From an uncultured Gammaproteobacteria bacterium (GTDB taxonomy: Bacteria; Pseudomonadota; Gammaproteobacteria; JADZEE01), in assembly GCA_964493555.1 (NCBI GenBank), contig CAZBOQ010000199.1:1-37192 (forward strand): a DNA stretch of 37,192 nucleotides. Reading direction: 5' to 3'. Position numbers and translations under genes: made by a program. Below are positions 19,943 to 27,866 of this stretch, one piece after another. The stretch's first letter is position 1, and each line of letters begins with the position of its first letter. The notes beneath the pieces were generated by a model. It was not told the DNA's origin. It did no database searches and saw nothing but the letters and a program-made list of their open reading frames with translations.

Positions 19943-21028
19943 TTATTCGGCGAAGTGCGGCATAATGAATTCAGCAACATCGCGAAAAACATCGCGCTGG
20001 TAATCGGCCGGTGGCAGGAACGCAAGTTCGGTTAGCCCTGCGCGCTCCAGGCTCCGCACCTGTTCAACGATTTCATCCGGTTCGCCGATGATGCAAGAGC
20101 CGCGGATCGCCTGCGGCGTGACGAAACGCCGCTCATCCTCTCTTAAAAACGTCGCGTGTCCGTTATGCAGGTAACGAAAACGCGATTTTGTCGGGAGCTT
20201 ATCTATCTCACTCAAAAAGTCGTCCCAAAGATCTGCGAAGAAAGGCGGGATAAGCTCGTTGTTACGGCCGTTCTGCTCCCAGAATACATAGACGTGATGT
20301 AGGGTCGTAGTCACCATCGATCCAGTCTGGTTAACCACCCGTTCATCCGTGAGTTTCTCGCCAGGTCGTAAAACGCAGGCGCTGATCGTGCAGCACTTGA
20401 GATAATCATCTCCCAACGTTCGGTTAGCACCCTCGGCCGCGGATCGCACTTTACCAACCTCGGCGCTGATAATCTGCTCGCTGAACCCACCTGCGGTCAT
20501 CCAGCCGTCCGCAAGTTCAGCGGCGATTTTGATTGCTTTGGGTCCGTTCGCGGCGACGTAGATGGGTATGCGATTATCTAAATTGATGTAGTGCCGATCG
20601 CGGTGCAGAAACTGGATCTCTTCGGTATTGCCACGATACGTGAAATCGACTGCCTTACCGTCCAACAGATCGCGAACGATCCCTATATAGGATCTGAGTT
20701 CACTGGGCGGCACGGATCTAGGATAGCCAAGCAGTCGATTAGCGGTGTTTCCAGTCGCAATACCTAAGAAGGTTCGACCAGGGGCGAGCTGATTAATGCC
20801 ACCTATCGCCTGCGCGGTGACCGGTGCAATACGCAAGCCTGGAACGGTCATTCCGGTGCCGAGGAAAATTCTCTCGGTATTGGCAGCGGCCAACGCCAAG
20901 GTCGAATAGCAGTCCGACCAGATCATCTGCGAGTCCGGTATCCATGCTCGATGAAACCCAAGCTCCTCGGCGTACTTAATCAGCTCCCATTTACCCACAT
21001 GCGTATCGATCATGATCCCAAATTTCAC
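19943..21028 (-). CDS. Luciferase-like (LLM) oxidoreductase, Mer-like, possibly F420-dependent
   Basis: AEELGF--AW-PDSQ, LGTGMT, APGRTFLGIATG and IYVAANGPKAIKIAAELADG motifs. GTG start at 21028 after AAGGAGAGG. Confidence 0.85.
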   Translation of the reverse strand: MKFGIMIDTHVGKWELIKYAEELGFHRAWIPDSQMIWSDCYSTLALAAANTERIFLGTGMTVPGLRIAPVTAQAIGGINQLAPGRTFLGIATGNTANRLLGYPRSVPPSELRSYIGIVRDLLDGKAVDFTYRGNTEEIQFLHRDRHYINLDNRIPIYVAANGPKAIKIAAELADGWMTAGGFSEQIISAEVGKVRSAAEGANRTLGDDYLKCCTISACVLRPGEKLTDERVVNQTGSMVTTTLHHVYVFWEQNGRNNELIPPFFADLWDDFLSEIDKLPTKSRFRYLHNGHATFLREDERRFVTPQAIRGSCIIGEPDEIVEQVRSLERAGLTELAFLPPADYQRDVFRDVAEFIMPHFAE

Positions 21029-21362
21029 TTTCCTCTCCTTTGGCCTTAGTTTGTCTGACACCTCGGACTTCGTGTTCTCACCGCGGGCCGCTAGTCATTA
21101 ATTAAAGCGAATACCCGCGGCGCGGTCAGCTCCCATATGGCCCGGCCTTAATTGACATTATACGAAACGGTGCTGTCAATCGCTCGAGGGGCGAGGTGAT
21201 ACTTACAATCCTTGTATAATCCCTGGTTCAACTGGTAAATCCGCGGCTAGTAGTCGAATAACACCACTGCCCGCGACTCTTACGCTGGCTGCCATGGCAC
21301 GCACCGCAGGATAAACTTCGCAGTTCGAACATCGCCCGCGGAACAACTCACGAGGACTAGCT

Positions 21363-21767
21363 ATGCAGATTGACGGTGGATGTCACTGTGGTTACATCAC
21401 ATATCAAGCCAGGGTGGATCCCGCTTTGGCTTCCATGTGTCATTGTACTGACTGCCAGAAATTGGGGGGCGGCGCGCTGCGAACGGCGCTCCCTACGCCG
21501 GAAAGCCAGTTCGCACTGCTCAAGGGCGAACCGAAGGTCTACGTCAAAACAGCCGAAAATGGTAACAAACGCCAACAGGTGTTTTGTCCCGAATGCGGCA
21601 CACATTTGTACGCGACGACGGTTGGCGGAGAAAACAGGACACTGAATTTGCGAATTGGGACAGCGAGGCAACGCGATGAGATTCCACCCCAACGACAAGT
21701 GTGGTTTAGATCAAAGCAGGATTGGATAATGAAGCTATCACTGATACCACATAAGATGAAGCAGTAG
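21363..21767 (+). CDS. GFA/CENP-V family zinc-binding protein
   Basis: GGCHCG, CHCTDCQK and FCPECGT motifs, with a GAGGA RBS. Confidence 0.92.
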   Translation: MQIDGGCHCGYITYQARVDPALASMCHCTDCQKLGGGALRTALPTPESQFALLKGEPKVYVKTAENGNKRQQVFCPECGTHLYATTVGGENRTLNLRIGTARQRDEIPPQRQVWFRSKQDWIMKLSLIPHKMKQ

Positions 21768-21945
21768 ATGCGTCGCCTGGCAGTGAGTCATCGTGATATT
21801 GAGCGAATGGTACCTCCCCCCTGGGTAGAGGGAATTTATCGGCGCCCGAAATAAATTTATAGACATAAAACAGTTCGCTTAAAGAAAGCACTTCGCTAAG
21901 CTGAGTTCGTCTTTGAATACGATTTGGGTTTGAGGGAGTCATGAA

Positions 21946-22548
21946 ATGAGAATACTCGCCGTTTTTTGCCATCCGATGCGCAACTCCTTTACCGGGGAGG
22001 TCCTGGACAGTTTCACGCAAGGCGCGCAGGACGCTGGTCACGAGATCGAGATCGCCGACCTGTATCGCGAGGAGTTTCAACCAGTCATGCAGGCATCCGA
22101 CTATGCGCAGTTCGATAATCTGCCGCTGCCCTCTGATGTTTTGCAGGAGCAGGCGCGATTCGAACGTTGCGACGGATTTTCACTGATCTTTCCGGTGTGG
22201 TGGTGGTCGTTCCCAGCGATGCTCAAAGGATGGATCGACCGTGTCTTTACCGCCGGCTGGGCGTTCGAAATAACTACCGACACCGACGGACGGCAGATCG
22301 AGCCGCAGGGTAGTCTGTTGGCCGAGCGCAGAGCAGTTATCTTATGCTGTGCGGGCGGTTCACAGGCGATGTATAACAAATATGGTGCGCGTGATGCTCT
22401 GCATAGCCAGATCGAGGTCGGCACTATGGAGTATTGCGGCGTCAAAGACGTCACTACGCACATTCTATATAAGGCGTGGGAGCACGACGAGTCGATCCGC
22501 GCAACGCATTTGCGTACAGCTTATAGTGCTGGCATCGGCTTTACCTAA
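21946..22548 (+). CDS. Flavodoxin-fold NAD(P)H dehydrogenase (quinone) family protein
   Basis: HP---SF, DLY---FQP and FPVWWWSFPAMLKGWIDRVF motifs. Confidence 0.92.
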   Translation: MRILAVFCHPMRNSFTGEVLDSFTQGAQDAGHEIEIADLYREEFQPVMQASDYAQFDNLPLPSDVLQEQARFERCDGFSLIFPVWWWSFPAMLKGWIDRVFTAGWAFEITTDTDGRQIEPQGSLLAERRAVILCCAGGSQAMYNKYGARDALHSQIEVGTMEYCGVKDVTTHILYKAWEHDESIRATHLRTAYSAGIGFT

Positions 22549-22626
22549 CGAATACAGCCGTAAGTAACAGAATCATTAACAAACGAAAACGGCTGAACGT
22601 CGCATCTTTGCTAACGGCACTCATCG

Positions 22627-22761
22627 CTGCAGAAGCTCCACGAGCAAGATGAATTGTATTTCGTGGTATCCGGAACCAGAGCATTCGTGCAAAGTGTTAA
22701 AAAAGCGTGCTTCGAACCTGGCAACTGTCTTTTGTTGGCGATGGACGCTAAATCAGTGTAA
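22627..22761 (+). pseudogene. Decayed cupin-domain gene remnant
   Basis: Translates LQKLHEQDELYFVVSGTRAF..FEPGNCL, matching the cupin H-x-Q-D-E-x-Y-x-V-x-S-G..F-x-P-G pattern. In-frame stops upstream and no start codon. Confidence 0.55.
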
Positions 22762-22778
22762 CTAATGAGGGCAGAGAA

Positions 22779-23111
22779 ATGACTGAAGTCGGCACCAACA
22801 AATTATTGGAAAATGATGACATCGTGCTGTGGGAATTCTTACTCTCGCCGGGCGAGGAAACGCCGCTGCACACCCACGAGCGTCGCTTTGTCTCCTACGT
22901 CGTCGTAGGCTCCACACTGCAGGTTCGCAACGCAGGCGGTAACCAGATAGCCGAAGTCGATGTCCCGTCAGGTGACGTGATCGACTTTCGCCTCGACGGT
23001 GACGAACTCACGGCCTCGAATATACAAGGCTTGCATATTCCCGCTTCCCACAGCGCACGAAATGCCGGTAGTTCGAACTACCATGAGATTTTCGTGGAGT
23101 TCAAGCGCTAG
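22779..23111 (+). CDS. Cupin-domain protein
   Basis: VGTNKLLEND---WEF-L-PGE---HTH..HSARN-G----EIFVEFK pattern, with a GAGG RBS. Confidence 0.85.
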   Translation: MTEVGTNKLLENDDIVLWEFLLSPGEETPLHTHERRFVSYVVVGSTLQVRNAGGNQIAEVDVPSGDVIDFRLDGDELTASNIQGLHIPASHSARNAGSSNYHEIFVEFKR

Positions 23112-23133
23112 CCAATTCAATACAGCTGACCCG

Positions 23134-23319
23134 ATGTCAGTAAAGGTAAGCGATGCGCGCAAGATTCTGAAAGCGCTCATGGACTTCGGGATCCCGACGC
23201 CTTCTCAAAGGTTCTTCAATACTGGAAAGGGTGAATGGGGCGAACACGACCATTTTCCCGACATCCGGGTGCCACTACTATGCAAAGCTGCCAGATCGCA
23301 CCGGCAGACAGGGATATGA
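23134..23319 (+). pseudogene. Remnant of a DNA alkylation repair (AlkD-like) gene, possibly extending degraded to about 23600
   Basis: QRFFNTGKGEWGEHDHFPDIRVPLL resembles the family N-terminal motif RFFKTGKGEYGEGD-FLG-RVP. Premature stop at 23319. Confidence 0.6.
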
Positions 23320-23730
23320 ACTGGCTTGGTCAATGCACGACGACATTCGTGTACATTAACCAAAGGGGACAACAACGGCGACAAAACCCATGAGGATCTC
23401 AGCATTAGCCCTCGTGCCATCAAGCTTGCGACGACCTGATCGACGACTTTACCGCGGCCTGTATGCAGAACACCAACATGAGCAAAGAAATCTTAAATGC
23501 GCGGGCGAGAAGGCCAGAGCGGAGCTTTCGCATCCGACATATGCCTTCTTGGTTGCGACAATTAAGAGCGAGTGGAGGAACTGCGCAAGGCTCTCGAACC
23601 GGCCGAAACGACGAGTGCAGGCCTGTTCAAGATCAACTGACCGGCCTGCTCCGCAGCGGAACTAGTCGGCGACTAATCGCCCCGAAGCGAATTCATTTCA
23701 TTAGAACGTATTGCGCGTGAGGATTAAGAC

Positions 23731-24132
23731 ATGGCAGCTTCAATACCTGAATCACATTTAGATCTGCTGAACCGGCCGCTTGTAGTGACCCTGGCAACCA
23801 TTTTGCCGTCCGGACGTCCCCAAGTACATCCCGTCTGGTGCAGCTACAGCGATGGGCAGGTCTGGCTGAATTCGGCCAAGAACCGCGCTAAAGACAAGAA
23901 CATGCGCGAGCGCCGACATGCCACCGTGCTGGTGATCGAGCCGGACAATCCGCTACGCTGGCTGGAGGTACGCGGCCAGGCTGTCGAGATTACTGAAGAA
24001 GGCGCGGACGAGCACATCGCGGACATGTGCGAGCTATATATGGGGACGCGCGACTACAGCTTCGGCGCACCGGGCGAGGTACGCGTGTTGTACAAAATCG
24101 AACCGAATCGAGTGATGGTTGGGAGTGGGTAG
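23731..24132 (+). CDS. PPOX-class split-barrel oxidoreductase, probably F420-dependent
   Basis: LAT--P-GRPQ--PVW, R-KDKNMR, PDNP-RWLEVRG and RV---IEP motifs, with a GAGGA RBS. Confidence 0.88.
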   Translation: MAASIPESHLDLLNRPLVVTLATILPSGRPQVHPVWCSYSDGQVWLNSAKNRAKDKNMRERRHATVLVIEPDNPLRWLEVRGQAVEITEEGADEHIADMCELYMGTRDYSFGAPGEVRVLYKIEPNRVMVGSG

Positions 24133-24269
24133 ATGATGCTCGTTGGCTAATAATTATACTCCTGCGCACCCGATGCTAATCCTTTCTAACTAGGCCATTC
24201 GACACGCTACGTAGGCGTTGTATGACAATCTTGTAACACGTCCTATTAGACAGTTAAGTTCCCGATTCA

Positions 24270-24566
24270 CTAGCCAGAATCAGTTTTTAAATAATGTGCC
24301 GTTTCCGGCAGGCCTTCGGAGACTTCGGCCAATGGCGCGAGAACGTTTTTCCCCATCAAATCTTCGAAATGCTGTTCGTGGGCTGCGATAGTAGTCCATT
24401 CCTCCACCAACAGAAAATCTGTTCCCTCCTCCGTGTTGGCAAACAATTGCATCCGTGAACATGCCGGATTCGCACGGGTCGCCGCGATCGGCTCCTGCAT
24501 TGCCGCCTCTAAGGCATTTTCTTGACCTTTTTTTGCGGTCAGTTTTATCAAAGCTGTGACAGACAT
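24270..24566 (-). CDS. ABM-domain (antibiotic biosynthesis monooxygenase-like) protein
   Basis: 98 aa, AKKGQE..TRANPAC..FLLVEEW----AHEQH pattern, with a GGGGGA RBS. Confidence 0.85.
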   Translation of the reverse strand: MSVTALIKLTAKKGQENALEAAMQEPIAATRANPACSRMQLFANTEEGTDFLLVEEWTTIAAHEQHFEDLMGKNVLAPLAEVSEGLPETAHYLKTDSG

Positions 24567-24588
24567 TGAGGTCCCCCCAGAAACGCCT

Positions 24589-26166
24589 TCAAGTTAACGC
24601 GTTGGCAACCAAGAATCCCGACACACCGCCCAGCCCCGGCCCCGGGTGGGTGGACGCGCCGATATGAAAGAGATCGCGAACCGGTGTCGAATGGTTCTTC
24701 ACGGAACGTAAAGGACGCCACAGAAAAAACTGATCCATAGTGCAGGCGCCGCTATAGGGATCGCCACCAACGAGGTTAATATTGATGGATTCGAGATCCG
24801 CAGGAGAAAGCACTCGCCTGCCTAATATGTTGCCGTCCAGATTCTTGACGTGCTTAGCGACTCGCGCGACGATGCGGTCCGCATAGAGTTCCCGCACCTC
24901 CTCGGTCCACTTACCATCCGCCGGCACGTCAATTTCGTTCGCGGCGTCACCCTTGATCAAGGACGGTAATTCCTGCAGTTGCAGCCACAGTATCGCCTTG
25001 CCCTCCGGCGCACGTGAGGGATCAATCGCGGTTGGCTGGCCGACGACGACCGTCGCTAATTCAGGCAATAGTCCTCGCTCAGCCTCGTTGGTCGCTTTCG
25101 ATACCGCGTTCACACCCTCGGTTAAATGAACGATGGCAACTTTGGCAAGCTCTGGATCGGACCACTCCGGGATCTCGTCCAATGCCAGATGGATTTGCAT
25201 GTCGGCTTTTCCGTACTTAAACGAGCGCACTTCTCTCAACACTTTCTCGGAAACATCCGCGGGCGCGAGCAGACGTTCATATAATTGATTGGGTGTCGTA
25301 CTGCAGATCACCGCCGTGTCGGCGTAGTGAGTAACGCCATCGGCAGTCCGTACACCTACTGCCTTACCGCCTTCGGTCAACACACGCTCGACATCAGCAC
25401 CAACCTGCAATATGCCGCCATTTGCTTCGATTAACTGCCGGAATGCTTCGACCAGCTGGTAACTGCCGCCCTTCACGTTTGGGCATCCTACCGCTTCCAT
25501 TGAAAATGCCATGACCTTTGCCATCTGCGCGGACGCCGTGCTATCCGGTCCGAGGCCCGCATGAGTCGGCCAACCAGCCAGTACCGCACGGGCCTCCTCT
25601 GCCTGAAAAGTCGTTTCCAACCAGCCACGAGCATTTTGCAGGTTCTGTCCAAAATAGTCGGCCAAAGCGCGCGGGCCCATCTTCCAAAGAGCCCGCATGA
25701 AAACCTTAACGGTCGCCGGCGTCCATAATTCGCTGCCCAGCAAGGTAAAGGTCAGATCCAGGGATGCCTCTAGCTCGCCCATCGCCGCGCGATAACGTTC
25801 ACCATCTCCCGCAGCCAACGCCTCCATAGCACGAATATTCTCTTCACGAGACCGTCGAAGAATAAAACTACGATCGTCAGGCAACACCGCGGCGGTCGGA
25901 GTGTCGTTATTGCAGTATTGCAACCCGTACTTCTCCAACTGATCTTTAAGTATTGCGTAACCCGGAGAGCTGACGAATAGGGGATGCCAACCCGACAACA
26001 CGTCGTGGGTGAACCCAGGCACGGTCAATTCTTCGGTCCGAATGCAGCCCCCTAGTCGGTTATTGCGTTCCAAGACGCATACCTTCTTGCCTCGGGTGGC
26101 GAGAATTGCAGCGCAAACGAGTGCATTGATCCCGCTGCCGACGACTACGCAGTTATTAGTTGTCAT
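24589..26166 (-). CDS. Phytoene-desaturase-superfamily FAD oxidoreductase (PYROXD2-like)
   Basis: VVGSGINALV..LER---GG--RTEELT-PGF-HD, SPADLE--N-NLVGGD and GASTHPGPGLGG motifs. No carotenoid genes nearby. Confidence 0.88.
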   Translation of the reverse strand: MTTNNCVVVGSGINALVCAAILATRGKKVCVLERNNRLGGCIRTEELTVPGFTHDVLSGWHPLFVSSPGYAILKDQLEKYGLQYCNNDTPTAAVLPDDRSFILRRSREENIRAMEALAAGDGERYRAAMGELEASLDLTFTLLGSELWTPATVKVFMRALWKMGPRALADYFGQNLQNARGWLETTFQAEEARAVLAGWPTHAGLGPDSTASAQMAKVMAFSMEAVGCPNVKGGSYQLVEAFRQLIEANGGILQVGADVERVLTEGGKAVGVRTADGVTHYADTAVICSTTPNQLYERLLAPADVSEKVLREVRSFKYGKADMQIHLALDEIPEWSDPELAKVAIVHLTEGVNAVSKATNEAERGLLPELATVVVGQPTAIDPSRAPEGKAILWLQLQELPSLIKGDAANEIDVPADGKWTEEVRELYADRIVARVAKHVKNLDGNILGRRVLSPADLESININLVGGDPYSGACTMDQFFLWRPLRSVKNHSTPVRDLFHIGASTHPGPGLGGVSGFLVANALT

Positions 26167-26351
26167 TTGAATGTCTAACCACCCACGATGCGCACATCGG
26201 CGATAGGGAAATCTCCATCGCGGTTTACCATCGCAAACCCGTTAAACCCATCGCGAACATTTTGGTCCACAACGCGCCTCAAAGTTAGATTACTGGCCAC
26301 AGCTTTGCTGGTTTCATTGAGGAATCGACCGGGATTCGTCGAGCACGGCCG

Positions 26352-27866
26352 TCAGGCAACTTTTTGCAGGGCGTGATCCAAGATCTCACCGAATTCATCC
26401 GCCAGCGCCGCCGCGCGTAACTCCCGCACCGTTTGCACCGGATTGGAACCACGCTTTATCCGTTCCATGGCATCCATGATGCGCTCGAAATTGTGCATAC
26501 CGCGTTGGTGAGTTTCGCCGTAACCCTTGACCAGACGCTGACACTCGGCGATCTCGACGCCAAGATCGTAATCTTGCGCCGCATAGGCCGCGATGCTGTC
26601 CAGCCAAGCCGAGAGTCGGGCATCCTCTACTTTATAACGCAGCGTACCACGCCGCCAGCGTTTGAATCCGGAGACGATATACAGCAACAGAAAACCCGAC
26701 AATTTGTTGCTGCGGATCCGCCGCCCGGATCTGCAGAACAAACCGAGAAAACCGTACAACCATGCAGTACGCATGATCAACCCTCCCAACCAAGCCGGTA
26801 GGGTATCGCAGATCTCCTCGACCCGCGGATGCATAAACTCCGAGACGTAAACCAATTGATCCGGCCCAACCCGCAACTCCTTACGATAACGCGCCGTGCG
26901 CGTCGAACGGGTTTTCAATTCGGCAACGCGAATGGTGTCTTCATAAGACATCCACAGAGCCAAATAACGTGCTGTTTCGCTGACCAGACGATGGGCCTTA
27001 TCGGCATCGCCGTGCATCTCATCCACTTTCAGGATGCGGTCGAGTCGATTCAGGTACTCGCCCGCGTAAGCCAAATCCTGATAATCGATCAGGCGACGTA
27101 CGCCCTCGGTAATGTTCTCCCGAGCCGCTTCGGGGAACCCAGCGACTCGAGTCAGGAGAGCCATAACCTGAGGGTGGCTGGGTTGCTCATGGACGACGGC
27201 ATCCCCAGCGCTCTCTTCGCCTCCTACTGCCGCCTTATTACCGGCAGCGAAACCAGCAAGGTTGGCATTAACCGCCACACCGCTCGAACGGATGGTTTCT
27301 TCAAACTGCTCGCGCTCGAAAGGTAATGCCCCTGAACCACATAATGCGCCGAACATGACCGAACTGATAACGCTGTCGCTGTCCTCCGCGACTGCTGCCA
27401 TATCAAAACTAATGAATTTCCGGGCGGCAGCGCTTACCGCTTCCAACATCTTCTCGCTGTCAGCCCGACCATCGCCCAGATGCATCTTCTCCACCAGCGC
27501 ATAGTCACGATGCGAAGATGTAATCAACGTCGTACGATCCGGCGTGATAATACCGCGCATTAACGACCGTCCAGCTTCAACTAATTCCCCGGCGATCACC
27601 ACGTCGACATCACCCGGTGCGGGCATCAGCGCCATTACTGGCTCCTGCCCCGCTTTCTCGGCATCAGCACGCGGAAAGAGTTCCTGGTAGTAGACCGTTG
27701 CACCGGTACGCTGTGCAACGCCGGGCACCGAGGTCGTCTGTGCAATGTAGCCCGCGTTCTCTGCGAGCGCGACAATCCAATTGGAGAGTACGCCGCCGCC
27801 CTGGCCGCCCATGGCGGCGATCGCGATCGTGATCGGTCGGCTCGTTTTCGTTTGCATCTTAGCCAT
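26352..27866 (-). CDS. iorB: Indolepyruvate:ferredoxin oxidoreductase beta-like subunit with a long C-terminal extension
   Basis: AMGGQGGGVL and VPGVAQRTGAT motifs. C-terminal LIDYQD-AYA--YL, WMSYEDTIRVA and LVKGYGET segments. TGATG start/stop overlap with iorA. Confidence 0.85.
   Translation of the reverse strand: MAKMQTKTSRPITIAIAAMGGQGGGVLSNWIVALAENAGYIAQTTSVPGVAQRTGATVYYQELFPRADAEKAGQEPVMALMPAPGDVDVVIAGELVEAGRSLMRGIITPDRTTLITSSHRDYALVEKMHLGDGRADSEKMLEAVSAAARKFISFDMAAVAEDSDSVISSVMFGALCGSGALPFEREQFEETIRSSGVAVNANLAGFAAGNKAAVGGEESAGDAVVHEQPSHPQVMALLTRVAGFPEAARENITEGVRRLIDYQDLAYAGEYLNRLDRILKVDEMHGDADKAHRLVSETARYLALWMSYEDTIRVAELKTRSTRTARYRKELRVGPDQLVYVSEFMHPRVEEICDTLPAWLGGLIMRTAWLYGFLGLFCRSGRRIRSNKLSGFLLLYIVSGFKRWRRGTLRYKVEDARLSAWLDSIAAYAAQDYDLGVEIAECQRLVKGYGETHQRGMHNFERIMDAMERIKRGSNPVQTVRELRAAALADEFGEILDHALQKVA

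Noticed and set aside
24589-26166. Carotenoid biosynthesis (crtI)
   Set aside because: No crtB, crtE or crtY nearby, and motifs fit the broader PYROXD2-like group.
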